DNA of 64,000 bases from an uncultured Candidatus Actinomarina sp. (GCA_902580215.1 CACHJT010000001.1:41775-105774); one strand, 5' to 3'. Shown: positions 21,854-31,372, numbered from the stretch's first letter. Notes: a model not told the origin generated them from the letters alone. A program made the numbers and translations.

Positions 21854-23410
21854 TTAAGAAGTCATAAAATAATAATTAAATCCATCGCAAAGAGCATTCC
21901 AAGATGCATTGATAATATTTTCATGCACACCTATAGTGCTCCATTGTTTTTTTGAATCAGTAAATTCAATTAGTACTCTTGTTTTAGCCTCTGTGCCGTC
22001 AGAGGAATCAATTATCCTTACCTTGTAATCAATAAGTTTCACCTTATTAATGTTTTTATAGTCATTTTCAAGTGCTGATTTTAATGCTTTTGAGAGAGCA
22101 TCTACTGGACCAACTCCTTCACCCGTTTTTACATATCTATTATTATTTACTGTGATTTTACAAACAGCTTCTGAAACGACATTTTCAGAATTTCTTCTTT
22201 CCGAAAAAACTCTGAAACTTTCAAATTCAAAAAATTCTGGCCTAACTCCCTTTATTGAATTCATTAATATAAATAAAGAGGCATCAGCTGCTTCAAATTG
22301 AAAACCAATGTGCTCTAAGTTTTGAACTTGTTGAATTAAATCTTTAGCTTCATCATTGTTAATGCTAATTCCAAATTCCTCTGCTTTAGTAATAACACTT
22401 GCTCTACCAGCTAATTCTGAAACAGTAGTTCTTGTAAAATTTCCAACTTTTGACGCATCTATGTGTTCATATAGTGAGCTATCTTTTGACATACCAGACG
22501 CATGAAGTCCTGCCTTATGAGTAAAAGCTGATGACCCAACATATGGATGTCTTGAATCGATAGACACATTTACAAGTTCTGCAATATGGTTGGCTGTCTG
22601 GGTTAGTTTTTCAAGAGAATCTGTTGGTATTGTCTCATAATTTTGCTTTAAAGATAGATTGGGAATAAGTGTGCACAGGTCAGCATTCCCAGTCCTTTCA
22701 CCATACCCATTTATTGTTCCTTGAACATGATCAACACCAAGATCTACTGCAACCATTGAGTTAACTACTGCACAGCCATTGTCATTTTGAAAATGAACAC
22801 CAAATTTTGTTTTTGGATATTTTTCTATAACCTCAGAAAGAATTTTTCTTACTTCCTCTGGCAATGTACCACCATTTGTGTCACAAAATATAAAACAATC
22901 TGCACCAGCTGCAACTACTGATTCAAGAATTTTTAAACTTGTTTGTGAATCCTCTTTGTAACCGTCAAAGAAGTGTTCTGCATCAAAAAATACATTTTTA
23001 CCTTTTGACTTTAAATACAAAATTGTATCAACTGCCATATCAATTGCACTATCAACATCAGTTTGCAACGCCTTTGTAATATGAAGTTTTGAAGATTTAC
23101 CTACAATGCAGACATAATCAGTACCTGAATCAACTAATGCCTTTACTTGTGGATCGTCTTTAGCATATAAATTTAGCTTTCTAGTGGATCCAAAGCTTAC
23201 AAGTTTTGCATTCTTAAGATTTAACTCTCTTTTTGCAGTTTCAAAAAACTCTTCTTCTTTTGGAGAAGCTCCAGGCCATCCTCCTTCAATATAACTTACC
23301 CCTAATTCGTCAATTAACTTAGCAATTGAAATCTTATCCTTTACAGAAGGCGATATGCCTTCTTGTTGAAAGCCATCTCTTAGTGTTGTATCAAATATAT
23401 CTATTTTCAT
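21854..23410 (-). CDS. 2-isopropylmalate / (R)-citramalate synthase family protein (DRE-TIM metallolyase + LeuA-dimer regulatory domain)
   Basis: DTTLRDG(F)Q, GYGERTGNA and GVHFQNDNG motifs plus a C-terminal LeuA_dimer-like region. True start is MKIDIFDTTLRDG (ATG at 23410); the ORF-track N-terminal extension to 23464 is spurious. Confidence 0.8.
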   Translation of the reverse strand: MKIDIFDTTLRDGFQQEGISPSVKDKISIAKLIDELGVSYIEGGWPGASPKEEEFFETAKRELNLKNAKLVSFGSTRKLNLYAKDDPQVKALVDSGTDYVCIVGKSSKLHITKALQTDVDSAIDMAVDTILYLKSKGKNVFFDAEHFFDGYKEDSQTSLKILESVVAAGADCFIFCDTNGGTLPEEVRKILSEVIEKYPKTKFGVHFQNDNGCAVVNSMVAVDLGVDHVQGTINGYGERTGNADLCTLIPNLSLKQNYETIPTDSLEKLTQTANHIAELVNVSIDSRHPYVGSSAFTHKAGLHASGMSKDSSLYEHIDASKVGNFTRTTVSELAGRASVITKAEEFGISINNDEAKDLIQQVQNLEHIGFQFEAADASLFILMNSIKGVRPEFFEFESFRVFSERRNSENVVSEAVCKITVNNNRYVKTGEGVGPVDALSKALKSALENDYKNINKVKLIDYKVRIIDSSDGTEAKTRVLIEFTDSKKQWSTIGVHENIINASWNALCDGFNYYFMTS

Positions 23411-23415
23411 ATTCC

Positions 23416-23442
23416 AAAAAAAAACCCTTGCAAAGCAAGGGC
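23416..23442 (-). terminator. rho-independent terminator (attenuator terminator upstream of the synthase gene)
   Basis: On the minus strand: GCCCTTGC-TTT-GCAAGGG followed by a T9 run, ending 6 nt before the synthase ATG. Confidence 0.75.
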
Positions 23443-23464
23443 AACAACGTTTACTACGTTGCAC

Positions 23465-23491
23465 CTAAATAATAATTATAATTTTTTTCAT
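23465..23491 (-). promoter_or_regulatory. Ile-rich leader peptide ORF (MKKIIIII-stop) of a putative transcription attenuator
   Basis: Minus-strand ATG AAA AAA ATT ATA ATT ATT ATT TAG lies between the lipoprotein stop and the terminator hairpin. Five consecutive Ile codons. Confidence 0.55.
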
Positions 23492-23501
23492 TGAGTCAAT
23501 A

Positions 23502-24185
23502 TTAGTTCTTTTTTCTATATTGTCTAACAAAAATATAGATCGATGAAAGCACCAAAAATAAAATCATGATATTTGTTGGACTTAAAAATGACTGCTTGTT
23601 TGCAACCACTTCAAACGTTTTTACTGATGTTCCTTCAATATCAAAAATTACAGTATTATCAACAATATTTTCAAGCTGAGGCCTTGTGATATTTCCAGGG
23701 ACAATGAAAGATATCTTTCCGTCAAAAATATTCTCATACCCCTCAATACTTTCTTCATCAGAAACAAAAATTTCTCCAAAAATTCCATTTATAGTAAATG
23801 ACCTGTTTGTGTCAGTAAAGTTTATTTCTTCAATTGGTAATAACAATAATGCTGTGTTTTCATTTTCATTAAGTAGTTTTAATTGAGCTTGTAATTCTTC
23901 AGTATTTTGAAAATCATTTCTAACTAAAATACCTAAATAGTTTCCTTCTTGGTAAATTGACGATCCATACCCTTCTGGAAGATCAGAAAGTATAGCATCT
24001 AATCCACCTATGGATGTTTGTCCAGTTTCTACTGCATAAAACTGAGCATCCTGATCGAGTAAAATTAATATTTTATAACTACCCGAATAATCTTCATTGA
24101 ATTCAACTTCCATACTCCACTTAACTTCACATGCAGAAAAAAGAAGAAATGTAATAAGCAGATAAAACTTAAACTTTGTGTTCAT
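23502..24185 (-). CDS. lipoprotein of unknown function
   Basis: 227 aa. Signal peptide with lipobox LLFSAC, C-terminal TM helix, no recognisable catalytic motifs. Confidence 0.6.
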   Translation of the reverse strand: MNTKFKFYLLITFLLFSACEVKWSMEVEFNEDYSGSYKILILLDQDAQFYAVETGQTSIGGLDAILSDLPEGYGSSIYQEGNYLGILVRNDFQNTEELQAQLKLLNENENTALLLLPIEEINFTDTNRSFTINGIFGEIFVSDEESIEGYENIFDGKISFIVPGNITRPQLENIVDNTVIFDIEGTSVKTFEVVANKQSFLSPTNIMILFLVLSSIYIFVRQYRKKN

Positions 24186-24744
24186 TTAACATCTCAACTA
24201 ACTTTACTCCTGCTATTTTTCTATGGCTTATATTTGATTTTTCTTCTAAAGTCATTTCAGCTAAGGTTTTTCCATTGACATCGAATATTGGATCATAACC
24301 AAAACCATTTTTTCCTCTTGGTTCTAATATAATATTTCCTTTAAGAACTCCTTCTGATGTTATAAAATTTAGACCATCAAAATAACATAGAACTGTTTTA
24401 AAGAATGCACTAAGATTATCAACTGTTTTAAGTTCATTAATTAATTTTTGATTATTTTCAACATCTGTAGAACTTAAGCCTGCATATCTCTTGGAGTGAA
24501 CACCAGGCCGACCATTTAATGCATTTACAAACAAACCTGAATCATCAGAAATAATTGGAGATTTAAAAACCTCGTAACATTCTTTGGCTTTCTTTTTTGC
24601 ATTTTCTTCAATTGTATTTCTATCTTCAATCACATCTGGAATATCTTTATTAAGCATCAAGGTATGTTTACTTCCAGATTCTTGAAAAATTTTTAATAAC
24701 TCTTTGTGCTTATTTTTATTATTTGAGGCTAAAAGGATTTCCAT
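24169..24744 (-). CDS. rdgB: non-canonical purine NTP pyrophosphatase (RdgB/HAM1 family)
   Basis: 191 aa; LASNNKNK...E, FGYDPIF and HRKIA motifs of ITPase/XTPase. Confidence 0.85.
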   Translation of the reverse strand: MEILLASNNKNKHKELLKIFQESGSKHTLMLNKDIPDVIEDRNTIEENAKKKAKECYEVFKSPIISDDSGLFVNALNGRPGVHSKRYAGLSSTDVENNQKLINELKTVDNLSAFFKTVLCYFDGLNFITSEGVLKGNIILEPRGKNGFGYDPIFDVNGKTLAEMTLEEKSNISHRKIAGVKLVEMLNEHKV

Positions 24745-24748
24745 TTAC

Positions 24749-25411
24749 TTATTTTTGTATTTCAAATACTTCTTTTATACACTCTTTTCCAAGTTCAAAA
24801 AGTTTATCGAGGTGTTGTTTTGGGAATGGCTTCCCTTCTGCAGTGCCCTGTATTTCTAGTATTTCAAATTTTTCATCCAGTACTAAATTGAGATCAACCT
24901 CTGCATTGGAATCTTTTTCATAATCAAGATCTGCTACCAATTCACCAGCAACAATCCCAACTGAAATAGCACCAACTTTACTAGTTAGTGGATTTTGATT
25001 TAATTTGCTTTCCTGGATCATTTTTTCAAATGTATCATTCAGAGCTATCCAAGCGCCATTAACAGAAGCAGTTCTTGTACCTCCATCAGCCTCTAACACA
25101 TCACAATCTACTGTAAAGGAGTACCCGTTTATAATACCTAAATTACAAACAGCCCTTAAAGATCTTCCAATTAATCTTGAAATTTCTTTGGACCTACCAG
25201 ACTCATAAGATTTTCTTGATATTCTATTTCCTGATGACCCAGGTAACATATTGTACTCTGCAGTTACCCATCCTTTATTAGAATTTAGCAACCAGTCTGG
25301 AAGTCTAGTTGAGACAGATACTGTAACTAATACCTTTGTATTGCCTGATTCATATAAAACTGAGTTTTCAGCAGAATTAATAAAATTTTTTGTTACTTTT
25401 ATGGGTCTCAT
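24749..25411 (-). CDS. rph: ribonuclease PH
   Basis: 220 aa; MRPIKVTKNFINSAENSVLYESGNTKVL..., DCDVLEADGGTRTAS. The rph-rdgB adjacency is widely conserved. Confidence 0.88.
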   Translation of the reverse strand: MRPIKVTKNFINSAENSVLYESGNTKVLVTVSVSTRLPDWLLNSNKGWVTAEYNMLPGSSGNRISRKSYESGRSKEISRLIGRSLRAVCNLGIINGYSFTVDCDVLEADGGTRTASVNGAWIALNDTFEKMIQESKLNQNPLTSKVGAISVGIVAGELVADLDYEKDSNAEVDLNLVLDEKFEILEIQGTAEGKPFPKQHLDKLFELGKECIKEVFEIQK

Positions 25412-26058
25412 TATGGAGACATCCTTTCAATTTTCCATGAATTTTCTTCTGGCTTGTAACAAAACCTATCATGTGTCCTGTTTCTTCTCCCCTGCCAAAA
25501 CTCCCAATAATTGACCTCGATAGCAAACCCACCCCAAAAGTCAGGTCTTGGTATTTCTTTTCCTTCATATTCTTTTTCAAGCTCATCAATTTTATTCGTA
25601 ACATCTTCTCTGGATGAGATGATATTGCTCTGTGCAGATGCCAATGCACTTAATTGTCCGCCTCTTGGTCTTGTTTTAAAATATTCATCGGATATTTGTG
25701 AGTCAGCTTTTCTTGCTATGCCTTGAAATCTGACTTGCCTATGGATTTCAGCCCAGTAAAAAATACCAGAAACATTAGGGTTAGCAAATATCTCCACTGC
25801 TTTTGGACTTTCATAGTGTGTGTGAAAGATTAAATTATTATTTACGATATTTTTAAATAGTACATATCTCGATCTCGGAGCATTTTCATCTACAGTAGCT
25901 AGAACCATTGCATTAGGTTCGTAAATTTGCGTTTCAATGGCTTCATCTAGCCACTTTGTAAATTGTGTTATAGGGTCTTGATTTAAATCTTCTGATGTCA
26001 GGTCTAGATCGCTGTATTCATTACGAAGAGATTGAATCTTTTCTGAAAAATTTTCCAT
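25411..26058 (-). CDS. pdxH: pyridoxamine 5'-phosphate oxidase
   Basis: 215 aa; FMN-binding split-barrel fold with RVEFWQG-like region and a C-terminal ...THDRFCY motif. Confidence 0.8.
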   Translation of the reverse strand: MENFSEKIQSLRNEYSDLDLTSEDLNQDPITQFTKWLDEAIETQIYEPNAMVLATVDENAPRSRYVLFKNIVNNNLIFHTHYESPKAVEIFANPNVSGIFYWAEIHRQVRFQGIARKADSQISDEYFKTRPRGGQLSALASAQSNIISSREDVTNKIDELEKEYEGKEIPRPDFWGGFAIEVNYWEFWQGRRNRTHDRFCYKPEENSWKIERMSP

Positions 26059-28319
26059 TAATTTGATTTAATGTAATTTAAAGCTGATCCACTTTCAAAC
26101 CAACTTATTTGCTCTTCAGATAGAGAATGGTTAGTGTCTATATCTACTGTTGAACCATCTTCTTTCTGTATAGAGACTGTAATTTTACTTCCTGGACTTA
26201 AGTTTTCTAAATTTTTAATAGTTAATTTATCATTCTGCTCTATCTTTTCATAGTCAGCTTTATCTTCAAAAGTTAGCGGTAGTATACCTTGCTTTTTCAA
26301 ATTAGCTTCGTGGATTCTTGCAAAGCTTTTGACCAAAACTACTCTACAACCTCTGAACCTCGGCTCCATGGCAGCATGTTCCCTTGATGATCCCTCACCA
26401 TAATTTTCATCACCAATTGCAATCCAGTTTATGTTATGTTCATGGTATGTTTTTGCAAGATCAGGCAACGTCATAATTTCATTGTTAAGGGTATTAACAC
26501 CTGTCCCTGATTCTTCTGAAAAAGCATTATTAACACCTATAAATAAATTTTGAGAGATATTTTCTAGGTGACCTCTAAACCTTAACCATTTACCTGCAGG
26601 TGATATGTGATCAGTTGTACACTTTCCTACAGCTTTCATAATTACAGTCATGTCTATATAATTACTTGCATCAAATGAGTCAAAAGGTGTTAAAGCTTGT
26701 AATCTCTCAGAATCTGGATTTATAACAACTTCAACTTCACTATTTTCTTTTGGCTGGACAAAACCTTCCAAAGTGCTTTCAAACCCTTCTGAAGGTAGCT
26801 CTTCTGCGGTTGGAGGTGAGAGCTTTACCTCTTCACCCTCTTCGTTTATTAAAGTATCATTAAGAAAATCGAATTCTAGAGTTCCACCTAAAGCTAAGCC
26901 AATTACAGTTTCGGGTGAACCAATAAAGGATAATGTTTCCTTATTGCCATCATTTCTTGCTGGAAAGTTTCTATTGTACGAAGAGACAATTGTATTAGTT
27001 TGTCCTTCTTCAATATCATCTCTTTTCCATTGTCCAATACATGGTCCACATGCATTTGCAAGGACAGTAGCGCCTATTGCTTCAAGATCTTTTAAGTATC
27101 CATCTCTTTCAATGGTTGCTCTTGTAATTTCGGACCCTGGAGTGACCATAAGTGGGACTTTAGATTTTAAACCTTTTTTAGCTGCTTCTCTTGCTATAAA
27201 AGCTGCTCGACCAATATCTTCATAAGATGAATTAGTGCATGAACCTATAAGAGCGTTTGAAATTTCTAAAGGATAACTATTTTCTACAGCATCATCTTTC
27301 AATTTTGATACTGGGCGAGCTAAGTCTGGTGTATGTGGACCCACAACATGTGGCTCAAGACTATCTAAATCAATTTCAATAACTTGATCAAAATAATTTT
27401 CAGGGTTTGCAACAACATCATCGTCTGGAGTTAACAAATGCATATTTTCCTTAGCAAGAGACGCTATGTCTCCTCTTCCTGTGGCTTTGAGGTATTCCTC
27501 ACCTTTTACGTCAAATGGAAATATAGAGCATGTTGCGCCAATTTCAGCACCCATATTTGTTATAGTTGCTTTTCCCGTAGTAGAAATAGACTCTGTTCCT
27601 TCTCCAAAATACTCAACGATTGCATTCGTGCCACCTTTTACGGTCAAAATTTCTGCAACTTTCAAAATTATGTCTTTAGGAGCAGTCCAACCACTTAATT
27701 TTCCTGTTAGTTTTACCCCAATTAATTTTGGTATTTTTGTATTGAAAGGCATACCAGCCATTACATCAACTGCATCAGCTCCACCAACTCCAATTGCAAC
27801 CATGCCTAATCCCCCTGCATTTGGTGTATGGCTATCAGTTCCAATCATCATTCCACCAGGGAATGCATACTGCTCAAGAACAACTTGATGAATGATTCCA
27901 GCCCCTGGACCCCAAAAACCAATATTAAATTTTTCAGATGCTGTTCGTAAAAAATCAAATACTTCTTTGTGTGTTTTATTAGCGACTTTTAAATCACTGT
28001 TTGCCCCTTCATAAGCTTGAATCAAATGATCACAGTGAACTGTAGTGGGAACTGCTGTCTCTGGTAGTTCAGCCTGCATAAATTGGAGCAATGCCATTTG
28101 TGCTGTTGCATCCTGCATCGCAACTCTATCAGGTAGAAAATCCCCAAAATCTTCACCTTTATTTAACGAAATATTTTTAACATCTTTGGCATGTCCGTAC
28201 AATACTTTTTCAGCGAGAGTTAGTGGGCTGCCTTTTCTATTTTTAAACTCAGCAATATTAGATTCCAAAGTTTTGTAAACTTTTTCTACCAGTTGTATAT
28301 GTGTTTTTGACAGATCCAT
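26058..28319 (-). CDS. acn: aconitate hydratase (short, mitochondrial-type aconitase A family)
   Basis: 753 aa. GTDSHT, CGPCIG and SSYNRNFPARNDG Fe-S/aconitase motifs. The four-domain length matches about 750-aa aconitases. Confidence 0.85.
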   Translation of the reverse strand: MDLSKTHIQLVEKVYKTLESNIAEFKNRKGSPLTLAEKVLYGHAKDVKNISLNKGEDFGDFLPDRVAMQDATAQMALLQFMQAELPETAVPTTVHCDHLIQAYEGANSDLKVANKTHKEVFDFLRTASEKFNIGFWGPGAGIIHQVVLEQYAFPGGMMIGTDSHTPNAGGLGMVAIGVGGADAVDVMAGMPFNTKIPKLIGVKLTGKLSGWTAPKDIILKVAEILTVKGGTNAIVEYFGEGTESISTTGKATITNMGAEIGATCSIFPFDVKGEEYLKATGRGDIASLAKENMHLLTPDDDVVANPENYFDQVIEIDLDSLEPHVVGPHTPDLARPVSKLKDDAVENSYPLEISNALIGSCTNSSYEDIGRAAFIAREAAKKGLKSKVPLMVTPGSEITRATIERDGYLKDLEAIGATVLANACGPCIGQWKRDDIEEGQTNTIVSSYNRNFPARNDGNKETLSFIGSPETVIGLALGGTLEFDFLNDTLINEEGEEVKLSPPTAEELPSEGFESTLEGFVQPKENSEVEVVINPDSERLQALTPFDSFDASNYIDMTVIMKAVGKCTTDHISPAGKWLRFRGHLENISQNLFIGVNNAFSEESGTGVNTLNNEIMTLPDLAKTYHEHNINWIAIGDENYGEGSSREHAAMEPRFRGCRVVLVKSFARIHEANLKKQGILPLTFEDKADYEKIEQNDKLTIKNLENLSPGSKITVSIQKEDGSTVDIDTNHSLSEEQISWFESGSALNYIKSN

Positions 28320-28357
28320 CTTTTTAATTATATATTTACTTGAGCCTAAAGTTTAAC

Positions 28358-29881
28358 TTATCTGTATTCTGAACAAGTATTCTTAAACTCACAAGTTTGA
28401 CACCAATCTCCTACTGTATATTTAGGACTTAGAGCATCGTATGGTATCCAAGATGCAGGTTTGTTTGCAATACTCTCAAACTTTGCTTTTGCTGATTCTA
28501 TTTCACTTGGTCCAAATCTTCTCTCTTTTACCTCTGCATTATGCTCAGAAACATAAATATGTAAAACTATAATTTCATCTTCCTGTTTCATTATTGAGGA
28601 TGCACCTAGAGCATATAGTTCTGCTTCAATTGCGTCTTCATTCATTTCTGGTCGTGTTTTGAGTTCAATAATTATAGGAGTGTCACCTACTCGACCAGCT
28701 AAATCTGACTTACCATTAAATATAGTTGCTACTTTTTGATCAACTACCTCTCCTTTTCTTTCTCCTTTTCCCTCAACAATAAAAGTACATCCTAAAATAT
28801 ATTCAGCTTCTTTAATAACTAAATTTTCATAATCGGTTAACTTTGCTACGAGATATTTATATTTGTTAAACAGCTCTTCTTGAGTTATTCCGTCTTCATT
28901 TACTGTCAGCTTTTTGAAATCTTCAATATTTTCATCTTCGTAATAGTTCTCGTTATCAACAAGCATTTGTTGTGAGTACTTATGGAATTTTGTAGCAGTT
29001 GATTCTGATTCAAATTCTATATAATCTTCACGAGGGAGTCCATACTGAACATTCCAAGCTGTTCTCCGCTCACATTTATCTAATTTAACTAAATTAGTTT
29101 TTGATACCTTTACCTCTCTAACATTTCTATTTATTTTATTTTCGTTAATCAATGGAAACTGGCCACATCGAGAAGCTTGATCACAAAAATCACAGTGACT
29201 TCCAGGTGTTCTCTTCTGTCTGTCATAAACATAGCTTTTTATAATTTCAAAATATTCATCAATAACCTCATCAGGGTTATCAATTAAATCAATATCCATC
29301 AAATCGTCTAATTCAAGGGCAGCTGTGTAAAATTCTTCGTTATCCTCTTTTAGTTTTGTCAAGATTGCCAAGTCGATTAAGTCAGGTGAAGGATCGTGTG
29401 CTGTTTTTAATCTAACTAACTCATAATGTCCCTCGTCTTCAAACTCATATGCAAAATGAGTTGTTATGCCATAAATTTCTCCATTTATCTCTTTTTCAAT
29501 TTCCTTTGAGATATATTGGTGATTGAATGTGTATTGCCTTTTTGGATAAATCGTTCTAAATCTTGAGAAAAGATCTGAAAGAATTTTTTTTTGAATTGGA
29601 TCGTAAGACTGAAAATTATTTCTTTCTGCTACTTTTACAGAAGTTTCTTCAATTGCATCATTATTTATCCAATCAATTATTGCGGAGTTTAGATCTCGCC
29701 ATCTATCAAATTTAGGTTTTGCTAGGCTCGTTTTTTTTCCAACTGATACATGACATTGACTCATTTTTTTCACTGCACTAGTCGAATATCTATTGTCTTT
29801 GTCAGCCATATGTAAATTATAGTTTATGGATTGTTGCGATTTTGTCTTATCATTTTTTCTTGTTTTGATACAACATTTCAA
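28358..29881 (-). CDS. Cas4/RecB-like PD-(D/E)XK nuclease with Fe-S cluster cysteine motifs (standalone)
   Basis: C-terminal half has G(D)...IIIELK (D...ExK), ELYALG (QxxxY-like) and a terminal C-x2-C-x5-C (CQTCEFKNTC). A second C-x2-C-x5-C (CDFCDQASRC) lies mid-protein. No cas genes nearby. True start is probably MADKDNRY (about 29809), since the ORF-track start overlaps the neighbouring gene. Confidence 0.6.
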   Translation of the reverse strand: MKCCIKTRKNDKTKSQQSINYNLHMADKDNRYSTSAVKKMSQCHVSVGKKTSLAKPKFDRWRDLNSAIIDWINNDAIEETSVKVAERNNFQSYDPIQKKILSDLFSRFRTIYPKRQYTFNHQYISKEIEKEINGEIYGITTHFAYEFEDEGHYELVRLKTAHDPSPDLIDLAILTKLKEDNEEFYTAALELDDLMDIDLIDNPDEVIDEYFEIIKSYVYDRQKRTPGSHCDFCDQASRCGQFPLINENKINRNVREVKVSKTNLVKLDKCERRTAWNVQYGLPREDYIEFESESTATKFHKYSQQMLVDNENYYEDENIEDFKKLTVNEDGITQEELFNKYKYLVAKLTDYENLVIKEAEYILGCTFIVEGKGERKGEVVDQKVATIFNGKSDLAGRVGDTPIIIELKTRPEMNEDAIEAELYALGASSIMKQEDEIIVLHIYVSEHNAEVKERRFGPSEIESAKAKFESIANKPASWIPYDALSPKYTVGDWCQTCEFKNTCSEYR

Positions 29882-31340
29882 TGGTAAGGCTACCCTTTTG
29901 GAATTCGATTAAATCACTCCATAAAGAGTTTTTTATTGAACACATTTCGTGATCATTATTGCGATATTCACCCACTAACGATTCATTAAGGTTTAAATTC
30001 TTAATAACATTATCACTTCCTAGCATCATTTTAATTCTTGGATCATACAGTATTCTTAATTGTGTTAAATCAACATGTGAAAAATGACCCATTTCAGGAG
30101 CGAGGGAATTATATGACATCACAGAATCGTAACATTTGTTATGTCGAAGTCCCAGAGCGTGTCCAAACTCATGTACCAACACATGGCTTCTCATTTCTTT
30201 AGATCTGGAAGAATCAACCCAGATCCACCCAAATTTTTCCTTTGTATTGACTTTAGAGGAATGGTTATGACTAAATAAACCAATATATCTATCTTCCATG
30301 CAACCTATTGACTTTTCAGAAATAAACTCACTACAGGGAAGAAAATGAATAGGTAAATTTACAAAATAGGAGTTATTAGAATATGAAATATTGAGTTGCG
30401 GTGCAACTAAATGAAGAGTTTGAATTATTTTATTCATGGTTTGTAAGTCAGAACTGGTTACATCTCCAAATAAGCCTACGACTACATCCCCTTCTAATCT
30501 ATTTCTAAGCCACAACGTCTCTTCAACATATTCACCATCTATGGTGTTTAAAGTTTTTTCTAATAGTGATATACCAGCTTCATGTGGAGGAGGAAGATTT
30601 TTGTGTTGTTTTTTTAGTTCTTGGGTCCTAAAAAATATTTCAAAATATTTTTTTTCACCAATTATTGAGACATCAAAAAATAATGTATCAACTGGGTTAA
30701 ATATTCCATCTTTATATATTGGTTCAATCTTCTTAAAGTTCTTAAAATTTTCAATATCTAAAGTAAATACCTTTTTTTTGTAACACTCTTTATTTTTTTT
30801 ATCTTTTCCTTCTATTTCAACAAACCACTTAAATCCCTTTTCTTTTACCTGATTAAGAATTTCTAGCTCAACTGTTTGTATTTCTTCATCTATAAGCAAC
30901 TTTTGTTTTGTGATGGTGTGAAGCCTATAGCCATGGCTTTTATTTACCTTTGCATTCATGGGATATATATTTAATGTTATAGATCCAAGATTTTGCTCTT
31001 TTGGTGTTCTTGGAAATTGTAAAATTGCAGACGTTTGATTTTCATTTAGTTTAAAAGATATATTATTCCAATAATTTTTATCATCGCAATTAACAACTAG
31101 ATTTGAACCAGATTCTTTTCCAATATTATTTTTATCTAATTTTAAATCTTGGTATTGATCGACTTCTGAACTGTCAGTTAATACATAAATTGTCTCCGGC
31201 TTTTTGATTAAGTAATCATAAGTAATTGTTAATTGATTTATTGCAAAAAAGCTCCATGCCAATATCCAGCTAAATAAAAAAGTAAATTTACCTTCAGACA
31301 TGATTTTCCATACTTTTAAATTACAAAAGCGCTGTGACAA
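29850..31340 (-). CDS. membrane-anchored zinc metalloprotease, metzincin (M10/matrixin-like catalytic domain)
   Basis: HEFGHALGLRHN (HExxHxxGxxH) plus Met-turn SVMSY near the C-terminus. N-terminal hydrophobic signal/anchor (FTFLFSWILAWSFFAI). Start may be the internal MSEGKF. Confidence 0.7.
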   Translation of the reverse strand: MSQRFCNLKVWKIMSEGKFTFLFSWILAWSFFAINQLTITYDYLIKKPETIYVLTDSSEVDQYQDLKLDKNNIGKESGSNLVVNCDDKNYWNNISFKLNENQTSAILQFPRTPKEQNLGSITLNIYPMNAKVNKSHGYRLHTITKQKLLIDEEIQTVELEILNQVKEKGFKWFVEIEGKDKKNKECYKKKVFTLDIENFKNFKKIEPIYKDGIFNPVDTLFFDVSIIGEKKYFEIFFRTQELKKQHKNLPPPHEAGISLLEKTLNTIDGEYVEETLWLRNRLEGDVVVGLFGDVTSSDLQTMNKIIQTLHLVAPQLNISYSNNSYFVNLPIHFLPCSEFISEKSIGCMEDRYIGLFSHNHSSKVNTKEKFGWIWVDSSRSKEMRSHVLVHEFGHALGLRHNKCYDSVMSYNSLAPEMGHFSHVDLTQLRILYDPRIKMMLGSDNVIKNLNLNESLVGEYRNNDHEMCSIKNSLWSDLIEFQKGSLTIEMLYQNKKK

Positions 31341-31349
31341 ATTTTGTCA
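31335..31349. promoter_or_regulatory. perfect 15-bp palindrome TGACAAATTTTGTCA (operator candidate) in the divergent protease/cassette promoter region
   Basis: Read directly in sequence. A further ATGACAAA copy at 31373-31380 overlaps the likely start codon of the membrane-protein gene. Confidence 0.5.
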
Positions 31350-31372
31350 TACCTTGTTTGTATATTTCTGTT

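Noticed and set aside
23411-23464. N-terminal extension MQRSKRCCPCFARVFFWN on the LeuA/CimA-family ORF
   Set aside because: The extension runs through the terminator hairpin and the leader region. The conserved protein begins at MKIDIFDTTLRDG.
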